DNA of 64,000 nt, from NCBI GenBank assembly GCA_032249235.1, contig JAVVGF010000004.1, forward strand, positions 135,316-199,315, read 5' to 3'. Each line of letters opens with the position of its first letter. The stretch's first letter is position 1. Shown here in pieces: positions 22,031-31,670 of this stretch. The notes under the pieces were generated by a model. That model was not told the origin of the DNA. It worked only from the letters and a program-made list of their open reading frames with translations, and made no database searches. The stretch is from Thermoproteota archaeon (GTDB lineage: Archaea; Thermoproteota; Thermoprotei; Gearchaeales; Gearchaeaceae). Made by a program: the position numbers and the translations under genes.

Positions 22031-23161
22031 GTGTCTAAGGTTCAAATAGAAAGCATTATTGACTTAAAGGAGCCTCATCATCTCTTCGATAAAAAGCCTA
22101 CTCTGCTATTTTGGGAAACAACAATGGCTTGTCCTTTAAGATGTGTTCATTGTAGAGCAAATGCTATTTATCATAGATCTCCAAATGAATTAAACACGAA
22201 TGAAGCTAAGAAAATGTTAGAGATTGTTTCTACTTTCGATCCAAAACCGCCTATAATTGTTTTCACAGGCGGGGATCCTTTAATGAGAGAGGATATATTT
22301 GAGCTTATTGACTATGCTAAAAGTCTAGGAATGCTATGCGCTCTATCGCCTGCAGTGAGTGAAAATCTCAACGAGGATGTTATTAAAAGAATTAAAGAAA
22401 TAGGCATATCAAGTGTGTCAATAAGCTTAGATGGAGCTTCTCCTAAAACGCATGATTTCATAAGACAAAAAGAAGGAGTTTTTTATAGAACAATAAATAC
22501 CATTAAAGAACTTGTTAAGAATGGAATCAAGATTCAGGTGAACAGCGTTGTTATGTCCTTAAATTTTGAAGAATTTCCTAAAATTTTTCACATAGTTAAA
22601 AGTTTAAACGTCGATGTTTGGGAAGTCTTTTTCATAATAGTTACAGGTAGAGCTAATAAATTTCTCGATTTAGATTCTAGGAAATTTGAAGCTATAGCAC
22701 AATTAATTTTCGATTGCTCAAAATATGGATTAACAGTAAGGACGGTGGAAGCACCATTTATAAGAAGAATCTATTATGAAAGGATTGCTGGAATTGAATT
22801 CAACGATGATCTTTATAATAGATTAAAAGATGAACTGATTAAATTAGAAGGCATGCCTTCTAATAAAACGACAATTTATTCAAAAGGAACATTAGATGGT
22901 GATGGAATATTGTTCATAGCTCATGATGGTTCAATTTATCCAGGAGGATTCTTGCCTATTAGACTTGGAAATGTAAAGAAAGATAATCTCATTAAAGTTT
23001 ATCGTGAAAATGAGCTTTTGAATAAGATTAGAAGAAGAGAATTTAAAGGGAAATGCGGGAGTTGTATATTCAAGTATGTATGCGGCGGTTCAAGAGCAAG
23101 AGCTTATGCAAATACCAACGATCCTTTAGAATCTGATCCTGCATGTATATATATTTCATAA
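22031..23161 (+). CDS. Radical SAM/SPASM protein (TIGR04053 / AhbD-NirJ-like)
   Basis: WETTMACPLRCVHCRA, TGGDPL, C-terminal GKCGSCIFKYVCGGSRARAYA...DPAC. Confidence 0.85.
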   Translation: MSKVQIESIIDLKEPHHLFDKKPTLLFWETTMACPLRCVHCRANAIYHRSPNELNTNEAKKMLEIVSTFDPKPPIIVFTGGDPLMREDIFELIDYAKSLGMLCALSPAVSENLNEDVIKRIKEIGISSVSISLDGASPKTHDFIRQKEGVFYRTINTIKELVKNGIKIQVNSVVMSLNFEEFPKIFHIVKSLNVDVWEVFFIIVTGRANKFLDLDSRKFEAIAQLIFDCSKYGLTVRTVEAPFIRRIYYERIAGIEFNDDLYNRLKDELIKLEGMPSNKTTIYSKGTLDGDGILFIAHDGSIYPGGFLPIRLGNVKKDNLIKVYRENELLNKIRRREFKGKCGSCIFKYVCGGSRARAYANTNDPLESDPACIYIS

Positions 23162-23501
23162 TTAGTAATTTTATATCATGTTAAATCTTTATTTTAATAT
23201 TTTAAATTTAAAGATAGCAATTTTATTCTTAAATCATAACAATTTATAAACTCAGAACTTTAACAGCTATCTTTTCTGAAATTTTTTTGTTATAAAATCA
23301 GAAATTCATACATGAAGAGTACAGTTTAAAAACTAAACTATCTTTCCTAAGACGTTTACTGATAAATCGAATAATAATGAAGTAGTTGTTTCTCAAATAA
23401 TTTAGAAAGAATAAACGTTTTTTCAAAAAGGAGAAAACTTTGTTACTCTTGTTTTTAAAAAAGAGAAAATCAGATTGTTACCTTAAAAAGTTAGATGACA
23501 A

Positions 23502-24074
23502 CTAGTTAGTCTTTTCAAATGCAAAGAAGAAGCTATTTCTACCATACATATTATATCGTCGTTTATCAATCAACTTGAATTTATAACTTAGTTTCACTTC
23601 AAGTTCGTTTTCATCTATGCCTGGAGGCCCCCAATAACCTCTTCCAAAAGCCCAAATCATGAATATAGAACCTATTTCAGTTATTTCATCAAGACTTTCC
23701 ACGTAAAAATCTCTTTCATCTTTCCTTAAGCTATGATAGCAACCAATGTCAGTAATTAATTTGAATTTACCTAATTCCTTCACTTCATCTGTATCAGTAA
23801 AATCTATGTTGAAGAATTTGGCATCAATATTTTCTTTCTTCGCATCTTTAATAGCTATCTTTATTGCAACAGAAGAAATATCGATACCGTGTGCATCGAA
23901 ACCATTCTTCGCTAAGAATCTTACTAAATATCCCTTCCCACAACCTATATCTAATGCTCTGCAAGGTTTAATTTTTCCTTTTTTCAAGTATTCGACAATT
24001 TCTTCAGGAGGCTCCTTTGTATCCCAAGGAGTAAAGCCGGCTATATATGCAAGATCCCAAAAAGAAAAATTCAT
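23502..24074 (-). CDS. Class I SAM-dependent methyltransferase (TPMT/thiol methyltransferase-like)
   Basis: WDLAY..GFTPWD, ALDIGCGKG, GIDIS, DIGCYH. Confidence 0.82.
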   Translation of the reverse strand: MNFSFWDLAYIAGFTPWDTKEPPEEIVEYLKKGKIKPCRALDIGCGKGYLVRFLAKNGFDAHGIDISSVAIKIAIKDAKKENIDAKFFNIDFTDTDEVKELGKFKLITDIGCYHSLRKDERDFYVESLDEITEIGSIFMIWAFGRGYWGPPGIDENELEVKLSYKFKLIDKRRYNMYGRNSFFFAFEKTN

Positions 24075-24088
24075 AATTTAATAATCTC

Positions 24089-24200
24089 CATCGATGTATT
24101 TTAGATATTAAGCTGTTTTATCATGGAAAAAATGCTCTAATAATCGTTTTGTTATTTTAAATGGATGAAGCTTATTCAAATCAATAAATTGAATAAAGAA
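24089..24200 (+). repeat. Direct repeat copy 1 (~112 bp; copy 2 at 29268-29381)
   Basis: Aligned by eye: 3 substitutions and 2 one-base indels. Contains the first 12 codons (MKLIQINKLNKE) of the radical SAM gene at 29346. Confidence 0.92.
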
Positions 24201-24283
24201 GGTTTAAATTAAAACCTTAAGCTACCTGCACAATCATGAGCAAAAAAAGAGATATAAAATTGGCTCTGGTATGAAGCTTTATT

Positions 24284-24994
24284 TTAAATTTTTCTCTCCT
24301 TTAACGGTGGTTTTGGATATGCTAATTTACTAGTAGTTAGTTTTAGATCTATTAAAGATTCAGCTAATTTTAATGCGGCTGGAGCAGGATCAACTACAGG
24401 AATATGTAAAGTTTCTTGTATCTTTCTGGCCATACCTATAAAGCCTGTACATCCTAAGATAATTACATCAGCTTCGTCTTCTTCTATTGCTTTTTTCGAT
24501 TCATTAATTAATTTTGTTTCTACATCAGCCTTTTTATTTTCAATCTCTAATACAGGTACTTCAACATATCTAACTGAAGAAAGTCTTGATTCAAAACCAT
24601 ATTTTCTTGCTAATCTCCAAAATAAGGGAACTACATTTTTTAATACCGTCACTATTGAAAATCTCTCACCAAGCATAGAAGCGAGTAGCATCGATGCTTG
24701 AGCAGGCCCTATAACTGGAATATTAACTAACTCCCTAGCTGCATCTAAAGCAGGATCTCCCATACAATCAATTATAACTGCATCAAATTTTCTCTCTTCA
24801 GCTTCCTTTACTTTTTCTAAAATCCACGGCGCTGCTATTTCTTCATCGTATGCCGATTCTATAGATGCAGGACCCATTTCAAGACTCACAATACTTATTT
24901 CGGTATCTTTTCGTTTATTATTCTCTAGTTCCTTGTAGGTAATCTCTTCAAGTATTTCATTTTTTAAAATTGGAACTATAACGCAAACTTTCAT
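24284..24994 (-). CDS. Asp/Glu/hydantoin racemase family protein
   Basis: GPASIESAYDE, IDCMGDPA, LGCTGF, PVVDP. Confidence 0.9.
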   Translation of the reverse strand: MKVCVIVPILKNEILEEITYKELENNKRKDTEISIVSLEMGPASIESAYDEEIAAPWILEKVKEAEERKFDAVIIDCMGDPALDAARELVNIPVIGPAQASMLLASMLGERFSIVTVLKNVVPLFWRLARKYGFESRLSSVRYVEVPVLEIENKKADVETKLINESKKAIEEDEADVIILGCTGFIGMARKIQETLHIPVVDPAPAALKLAESLIDLKLTTSKLAYPKPPLKERKI

Positions 24995-25152
24995 TAATCT
25001 TCCACCTCAAATCTTAAATAAGCCTAAAATATAAAAATCTTCTCAATCGAGATTATTACTGAACATTTAATTCTGAAATAAATAATTTAAAGTTGTTTGT
25101 ACTCTAAACAAATTATTAGGATAAAAAAATTATAAAATTAACTGGATACTAT

Positions 25153-26493
25153 TCACTTCCTGACGATATAGCCAATTATATGTATTAGCGCTGCCACTAT
25201 CATGCCTATAAGTGTTGGTACGAAATAAGGTGCGTATGATAATAAATAATATGATGTTAAGCCACCTAAGAACCACCCAACAATACCTTCAACTCTAATC
25301 TTAGGTATTTTATCTGTTATTACTGTAGTTGGAGCTTTTCTTATCAAGTAATACTCTACTAATAATATTGCTGCTATGGGGCCAACCCAGTTTGCTAATG
25401 TATTTAAGTAAGGTATCCAATACCATACAATACCTATCACGGCTATTATTGAACCGACTATAGCTCCACCCATTGTGAACCAAGCCCTTAAATGAGCTTT
25501 CCCAATAGAGACTGTCCAAGCTAAACCTCCCGAATAAGCATTTATCATGTTGGTTGTAAATTGCAATAAGAATGCCAAAACCAATAAAGGCCAAAGAGGT
25601 CCTGTGGCAACTCCTAAAGATTTAAGAACAAGTACTATATTCCATGATAAAGAGGGGTCTAGACCTGCTTTTATAGCTGCTACAGCAAAGAACGTACCGA
25701 CGATCTCCATAAATATTGCTGTAGCTAGAAAACCTAAAACGCATGCTAGTAGAACCTCTTTTTTATTTGGCCTTATCCATCTTGCAGTATCAGCACCGAT
25801 TGTCGCTCCAACAATTATTAGTCCAATAACAACATTCATAGCTATCATAAAGTTTGGTAGTAAAGTTTCAGGAGTAACGCTTGCAGGAGAATATGTTAAT
25901 AAACCGCCAGTGATCCCTACACTGATACCCAGATATAGACCGTATGCTACTAATATTATCATTATAGGAATACTTATATAATCAATTAATGCAATCGATG
26001 TTATTCCAAGAACTGGTGGAATCGCCATTAAAACTCCTGTAATGATAGTGAAGATTGCCGTAGGGAGATCCATTAATCTTCCAGGTCCTCCTATATCCCA
26101 GCCAAGAACCACACCTATAGCTGCCGCTGCTAACCATGTTTCAATACCATACCATGCAAAAGCAGGAATACCTGAGGCTGCAATATTTATTAAAATTCTT
26201 GAACCATAATCACCAAACGCGCTTTTAGCTACCATATAAGTATTAAGCCCTGTTTTAGCTCCCATATAACTTGTTAAAGTAAATATTGAGAAAAGTATTA
26301 AATTCCCAATCAAAATAGTTACCACTGCATAACCATAAGGTAGAAAGGCCATAGGTGTGGCTCCTCCCATGAAAGCGGCTAGGACAAAAACAACGCCTGC
26401 CCATGCTGCTGCATGATATGTCCAAGGCTTTTTCTCTTCTAGAGCTATAGGCTTTAAAGTACTTGCATCTTCTATAGATTTGGTATCACTCAT
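25153..26493 (-). CDS. NCS1 purine/cytosine (hydantoin-type) permease
   Basis: About 12 TM segments, GAKTGLNTY...AFGDYGS, ADTARW, TTNMINAYS. Confidence 0.85.
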   Translation of the reverse strand: MSDTKSIEDASTLKPIALEEKKPWTYHAAAWAGVVFVLAAFMGGATPMAFLPYGYAVVTILIGNLILFSIFTLTSYMGAKTGLNTYMVAKSAFGDYGSRILINIAASGIPAFAWYGIETWLAAAAIGVVLGWDIGGPGRLMDLPTAIFTIITGVLMAIPPVLGITSIALIDYISIPIMIILVAYGLYLGISVGITGGLLTYSPASVTPETLLPNFMIAMNVVIGLIIVGATIGADTARWIRPNKKEVLLACVLGFLATAIFMEIVGTFFAVAAIKAGLDPSLSWNIVLVLKSLGVATGPLWPLLVLAFLLQFTTNMINAYSGGLAWTVSIGKAHLRAWFTMGGAIVGSIIAVIGIVWYWIPYLNTLANWVGPIAAILLVEYYLIRKAPTTVITDKIPKIRVEGIVGWFLGGLTSYYLLSYAPYFVPTLIGMIVAALIHIIGYIVRK

Positions 26494-26587
26494 AATGGAA
26501 AATTATATTGTTTACCCGTTTATAAACTTTATTATTTAGATTTTTATAAGACAATTATATCTAAACTTAACTAATGAGGTGGAATAA

Positions 26588-27670
26588 ATGATCCTTACTG
26601 CAAATGATATTAAAGATCTTGCAATAGGAGCAGCAATACTTGGAACGGGAGGGGGTGGTGATCCTTATATTGGTATGTTAATGGCTCTTCAGGCTATAGA
26701 GAAAGGAAAAAAAGTAGCTCTTGTAGATAGTAGCGAGGTCGATGATAATGACCTAGTAATACCAGTAGCTATGATGGGGACACCTACTGTATTAATTGAG
26801 AAAATTCCAGGAGGAGAAGAAACAATATATGTACTTAGAATGTTGGAGAAATATTATAATAAAGAGGCTAGGTATTTAACTCAGATTGAGGCTGGCGGAA
26901 TAAATTCAATGATGCCTATTGTTGCTGCTGCTAAGACTGGCAAACCTGTTCTTGATGGAGATGGTATGGGAAGAGCTTTCCCAGAGCTACAAATGGTAAC
27001 ATTTCATCTTTATGGGGTTAAAGCAACTCCTATGGTAATGTGTGATGAAAGAGGTAACACAGTTTTATTAGATGCTATTGATAATTATTGGGCTGAAAAA
27101 ATTGCTAGAGTTATTACAGTGAGATTTGGCGGGACTGCATATATAGCTATTTATGCTATGAATGGAGAGAAATATAAGAGAGGAGCAGTAAGAGGAACTC
27201 CTTCATTAGCTATAGAACTGGGTAGAACGATAAGAGAAGCCAAAAGTAAAGGGCGTAATGTTATTGATGCGATTCTTGATATAACCAAAGGTTTTCTCTT
27301 ATTTAAAGGAAAAATCATCGATGTATCTAGAATGAATATTGGAGGGTTTGCTAGAGGAGAAGCTACTATAGAGGGATTAGATGATTTCAAGGGTTCGAAA
27401 TTAATTATAAGATTTCAAAACGAAAATTTGGTAGCCATTAGAGATGGTGAAATAATAGCGAGTGTACCAGATTTGATAACTGTATTGGATAGTGAAACAG
27501 CAAAACCCATAACTACTGAAAGACTTAAGTATGGACTAAGGGTAATTGTAATAGGAATACCATGTGATCCTAAATGGAGAACTCCTGAAGGCCTAAAAGT
27601 TGTTGGTCCAAAATATTTTGGCTATGATATAGATTATATTCCAATAGAAAAGAGAGTGAAAAAGTGGTGA
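26588..27670 (+). CDS. DUF917 family protein (S-methyl thiohydantoin desulfurase-like)
   Basis: LGTGGGGDPYIG, EAGGINS, DGDGMGRAFPELQM, FQNENL, PDLITVLD, GPKYFG. Confidence 0.92.
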   Translation: MILTANDIKDLAIGAAILGTGGGGDPYIGMLMALQAIEKGKKVALVDSSEVDDNDLVIPVAMMGTPTVLIEKIPGGEETIYVLRMLEKYYNKEARYLTQIEAGGINSMMPIVAAAKTGKPVLDGDGMGRAFPELQMVTFHLYGVKATPMVMCDERGNTVLLDAIDNYWAEKIARVITVRFGGTAYIAIYAMNGEKYKRGAVRGTPSLAIELGRTIREAKSKGRNVIDAILDITKGFLLFKGKIIDVSRMNIGGFARGEATIEGLDDFKGSKLIIRFQNENLVAIRDGEIIASVPDLITVLDSETAKPITTERLKYGLRVIVIGIPCDPKWRTPEGLKVVGPKYFGYDIDYIPIEKRVKKW

Positions 27671-27676
27671 TAAGAA

Positions 27677-29248
27677 ATGGTAAAGTATAAATTAGGAGTT
27701 GATGTAGGCAGTACTCATACTGATGCGGTTATTATTGGTGAGAAATCTGAATTGATAGGAGCAGCAAAAGTAGTAACAACCCCTGATATAACTACAGGAA
27801 TACTTGAAGCTATGCGATTAGTTTTAGAGAAAACTAAAGTAAACAGAGATGATATTGCTGCAGTAATGTTTGGAACAACGCACGTAATAAATGCAATAGT
27901 GCAAAGAAAAGGTCTAGGAAAAGTAGGTATAATAAGAATTGGTGCTCCAGCAACAAAATCCATTGAACCCATGCTTGATTGGCCTGCAGATCTCAGGGAA
28001 GCTGTTTTTGCAGGTTCTAAAGTCATAAAAGGAGGACACGAATATACTGGAGAACCAATTGTAGAATTAGATGAAGAAGAAATTAAGAAAACTCTTTATC
28101 TTTTTAAGGAAAAAAATGTTGATGCTATTGCTGTTACCTCAGTTTTTTCTATGGTTAATCCTGACCATGAATTATTTGTTAAAGAACAGGCTAGTACGAT
28201 AGTTCCTGGGATTCCTGTTATTCTTTCTCATGAAATAGGAACCATAGGACTTTTGGAACGTGAAAATGCTACAATATTGAATGCTTCTGTGCTTAGAGTT
28301 ATGAAAAAAGCTATCGAAGCCTTGAGAAATGCTTTAAGAAATCTAGGACTTGAGCATGCAAAAATGTTCTTTGCCCAGAATGATGGAACTACAGCTACTG
28401 AAGAATATATAATGAGATACCCAATTTTTACAGTAGTGGCTCCTATATCTAATAGCATAAGGGGAGCTTATGTTTTAACTGGTATTCCTAATGCGATCGT
28501 AGCTGATACTGGTGGAACGACCACTAATATTGGTGTATTGAATAAAGGTTATCCAAGAGAAGCTTTAGAAATTGAAATTGGAGGGGTTAGAACAAATATT
28601 AGAGCGCCAGACATCGTAGCTATAGGTTTAGCCGGAGGCAGTATAATTAGCATTAATAATGGCGAGATAAAAATAGGGCCTTTAAGCGTAGGTTATAGAC
28701 TTATTGAAGAAGGAATTGCTTGGGGTGGAAATACGCTAACTGCTACTGACATAGCTTTGGCTAAAGGTGCGATGATTATAGACGATCCTCGATGCAATCC
28801 AAAATTAGTATCTCAAAGAATATCAAAAGATTTGATCGAAAAAATGTATGAGAAAATGGTTAAAATGCTTGAAGATTCACTAGATAGAATAAAAACAAAA
28901 CCTGAACCAGAAACAGTAATATTAGTAGGCGGCGGGTCAGCAATGTGGCCTAAGAATTTAATAGGAGCAAAGGAAGTGATAAGGCCTGAACACGCACAGT
29001 ATGCTAACGCGATTGGAGCTGCAACAGCATTAGTAGGAGCAGCTGTTGAGAAAGCATTTTCGTATGAACAAATTACTAGAGAAAAAGCGATTGCTTTGAC
29101 CATCGAAGAAGCTAAAGCTAAAGCGATTAGTGCTGGAGCTAACCCACAAACTTTAGAAACTGCTGATTTAGAGGAAATAGCAATGCCATATTTACCAGGA
29201 AACGCAGTAAAGATTAGAGCAAAAGTTGTTGGCAAATTAAAATTCTAA
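27677..29248 (+). CDS. Hydantoinase/oxoprolinase A-like protein (DUF917-associated type)
   Basis: GVDVGSTHTDA, GLLERENATILNAS, DTGGTTT, ANAIGAA, YLPGN. Confidence 0.9.
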   Translation: MVKYKLGVDVGSTHTDAVIIGEKSELIGAAKVVTTPDITTGILEAMRLVLEKTKVNRDDIAAVMFGTTHVINAIVQRKGLGKVGIIRIGAPATKSIEPMLDWPADLREAVFAGSKVIKGGHEYTGEPIVELDEEEIKKTLYLFKEKNVDAIAVTSVFSMVNPDHELFVKEQASTIVPGIPVILSHEIGTIGLLERENATILNASVLRVMKKAIEALRNALRNLGLEHAKMFFAQNDGTTATEEYIMRYPIFTVVAPISNSIRGAYVLTGIPNAIVADTGGTTTNIGVLNKGYPREALEIEIGGVRTNIRAPDIVAIGLAGGSIISINNGEIKIGPLSVGYRLIEEGIAWGGNTLTATDIALAKGAMIIDDPRCNPKLVSQRISKDLIEKMYEKMVKMLEDSLDRIKTKPEPETVILVGGGSAMWPKNLIGAKEVIRPEHAQYANAIGAATALVGAAVEKAFSYEQITREKAIALTIEEAKAKAISAGANPQTLETADLEEIAMPYLPGNAVKIRAKVVGKLKF

Positions 29249-29267
29249 TAATTTAATAAAATTTTTA

Positions 29268-29381
29268 CATCAATGTATTTTAAATATTAAGCTGGTTTTA
29301 TCATGGAAAAAAATGCTCTAATAATCGTTTTGTTATTTTAAATTGATGAAGCTTATTCAAATCAATAAATTGAATAAAGAA
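29268..29381 (+). repeat. Direct repeat copy 2
   Basis: Near-identical to 24089-24200; overlaps the start of the radical SAM gene. Confidence 0.92.
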
Positions 29382-30536
29382 TGTGCATTATGTGGCTATC
29401 AGTCTATTTATTTATCAAAAGCTATAGGCGTTTGCAAATATTGTTTAAAGAATAGAACAGATGAAGCTTTAAAAATTGCTTTTGAAAACCATGCTAAAAT
29501 CAGAAAACTTTTCAATTTACCTCCTTTTCCTCCGAAGAGTCAAAAAGGAATTAAATGCAATTTTTGTGCTGCAGAATGCATAATGGATTATGGCGAATTT
29601 GGCTATTGCGGCTTAAGATTTAATAATAATGGAAAAATGGGAAGTTTGGTGAGTAACGATGAAGCCCTTTTATATTATTATTTAGATCCTCATATCACGA
29701 ATTGTTGTAATGCTTATTTTTGTCCTGCAGGAACAGGTATTGGTTATCCTGAATATGCTTATTGCAAAGGTCCAGAGTATGGATATTATAATTTAGCTCT
29801 GTTTTTCTATGGATGTTCATTTAACTGCCTTTTTTGCCAAAACTGGAATCATAAAATACTAAGCGAAGGCAAATTGGTTCATGTAAATGAGATCGTTAAT
29901 TTGACTTTGAAAAATGAAAAAATTTCTTGTTGGTGCTGGTTTGGAGGAAGTGCAGAACCGCAATTACTTTATGCAATAAATGCATCCAAGAAAATACTTG
30001 AGTTAAAGCCTTCAAAAAGAATCGTTAGAATTTGCTTTGAATGGAACGGTGATGGAAATAAAGGCTTGGTTAGAATAGCAGGAGATTTAGCATATAGAAG
30101 CGGTGGAAACATAAAATTTGATTTGAAAGCTTTCAATAATGCTATACATTTAGCTTTAACAGGAATGGATAATAAGAGAGTATTTGAAAACTTTGAGATG
30201 ATATACAATGAATATTTTGAGAAAAGGAAAGGAATTCCTGTATTAGGAGCTACAACGTTGTTAGTTCCGCATTATGTTGATGCAGAAGAAGTTGAGAATA
30301 TAGCTAAATTCATAGCAAGCTTAAATGAAGAAATACCTTATAATCTTTTAATCTTTCATCCAGATTTCATGATGAACGATATTCCAATAACTCCTAGGAA
30401 ACAAATTGAAGAATGCTATAATGTAGCTAAAAAACATCTTAAGTACGTTAATATAAGCAATATGCATTTAATAGGTTATCACCGTTCTTCTCTTTCTTGG
30501 GGTATGAAAGAAACTCCTTTAATGATTTCTTTATGA
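29346..30536 (+). CDS. Radical SAM protein, PFL-activase-like with Cys-rich N-terminal region
   Basis: GCSFNCLFCQNW radical SAM motif; additional CxxC pairs and NCC; KFDLKAF; FHPDF. Confidence 0.82.
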   Translation: MKLIQINKLNKECALCGYQSIYLSKAIGVCKYCLKNRTDEALKIAFENHAKIRKLFNLPPFPPKSQKGIKCNFCAAECIMDYGEFGYCGLRFNNNGKMGSLVSNDEALLYYYLDPHITNCCNAYFCPAGTGIGYPEYAYCKGPEYGYYNLALFFYGCSFNCLFCQNWNHKILSEGKLVHVNEIVNLTLKNEKISCWCWFGGSAEPQLLYAINASKKILELKPSKRIVRICFEWNGDGNKGLVRIAGDLAYRSGGNIKFDLKAFNNAIHLALTGMDNKRVFENFEMIYNEYFEKRKGIPVLGATTLLVPHYVDAEEVENIAKFIASLNEEIPYNLLIFHPDFMMNDIPITPRKQIEECYNVAKKHLKYVNISNMHLIGYHRSSLSWGMKETPLMISL

Positions 30537-30566
30537 GATGCTGATTTACAGCTTTCGTTATTATAT

Positions 30567-30591
30567 ATATTTATATATTTAAATATTAAGA
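30567..30591 (+). promoter_or_regulatory. TATA box within an ATATTT-N8-AAATAT palindrome upstream of tusA
   Basis: TTTAAATA about 25 nt before the ATG. The same motif, including TTTAAATATTAAGA, recurs at 31213-31237. Confidence 0.4.
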
Positions 30592-30602
30592 AATAATATT
30601 GT

Positions 30603-30851
30603 ATGGAAGAAATAAAGCCACATAAGACCTTGGACGCAAAAGGATTATTATGTCCAATGCCTGTCATGAAAACAAATCAAGTTATTAAAGAAATCCAAAT
30701 AGGGCAAATTTTAGAAGTCATAGCAACCGATCCTGCATCGAAATCAGATATTTCAGCTTGGTGTAAGCAAACTGGTAATGAATTGTTAAAGATGATAGAG
30801 GAAAAAGGGCATCCAACAGTATATCGATTCTATATTAAAAGATTAAGATAG
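30603..30851 (+). CDS. tusA: Sulfur carrier TusA
   Basis: LDAKGLLCPMP, ATDP. Confidence 0.92.
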   Translation: MEEIKPHKTLDAKGLLCPMPVMKTNQVIKEIQIGQILEVIATDPASKSDISAWCKQTGNELLKMIEEKGHPTVYRFYIKRLR

Positions 30852-30852
30852 T

Positions 30853-31176
30853 TTACAAACTTAAAATTTCTAATTCTCTTTTTTTCCTTTCTTTTATAAC
30901 TTGATCGATTAAATCGTAAGCTTTCAATATTCTTTCATCAGCAATCTTATAGTAGACTTTTCTTCCTTCTTTTCTTATAGAGACTATCCCTAATTTCCTG
31001 AAATTTGCTAGATGTTGAGAAATTGTTGACTGTTTTAATCCGAGTTCTTCTTGAAGTTCAGTAACTGTTTTTTCACCCTCTCTAAAAATATCAATTAACG
31101 CTAATCTTATAGGATGAGCAAACATTTTACAAAATTCTGCATGCATCTCATATAGTTTTTCTAGCTTACTTTTCAT
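30853..31176 (-). CDS. ArsR/SmtB family transcriptional regulator
   Basis: AHPIRL, SQHLA, RKEGRKVYY; located inside the sHdr locus. Confidence 0.9.
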   Translation of the reverse strand: MKSKLEKLYEMHAEFCKMFAHPIRLALIDIFREGEKTVTELQEELGLKQSTISQHLANFRKLGIVSIRKEGRKVYYKIADERILKAYDLIDQVIKERKKRELEILSL

Positions 31177-31247
31177 ATATTCTAGATTGGTATAAGTAGT
31201 TTAAAAATTTTTATATTTGAAAATTTAAATATTAAGATAGATCTATT

Positions 31248-31670
31248 ATGGAAAAAAAGAATAGATTGCTAATTGTTGCAAGTAAAGGTACTGCTGATGC
31301 ATTGTATCCCGCTTTAATTCTTGCGACTACTGCTGCTTCACAAAACATGCGTGTAGATATTTACTTTACTTTTGGAGGAATGAAATTATTAATAAAGGGT
31401 ATGGCTGAAACTATCAAGCCATCAGTTGATTTAGGATTATCTCAAGAAGACCTAACCAAGTTGTTACAAAAAGGAGGCATGCCTACTTTAAAAGACATGT
31501 TAAAAATGGCTAAGGAAATGGGCGTTAAAATTCATGCATGTTCACCTACTATGAACTTATTCGGTTTAACTGAAGAAGATCTTACAAAAGATGTTTGTGA
31601 TGATATAATAGGAGCAGCAACTTTCTTAGAAATGGCTTCTGACCCAAATTCAATAGTAATATTTATTTAA
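31248..31670 (+). CDS. dsrE: DsrE/DsrF-like sulfurtransferase (DsrE2 type)
   Basis: ALILATTAA, YFTFGG, KIHACSPTM, GAATFLE. Confidence 0.85.
   Translation: MEKKNRLLIVASKGTADALYPALILATTAASQNMRVDIYFTFGGMKLLIKGMAETIKPSVDLGLSQEDLTKLLQKGGMPTLKDMLKMAKEMGVKIHACSPTMNLFGLTEEDLTKDVCDDIIGAATFLEMASDPNSIVIFI

Noticed and set aside
29346-30536. LipS1/LipS2 lipoyl synthase
   Set aside because: The motifs match PFL-activase-like radical SAM proteins rather than the LipS or biotin synthase-like families.
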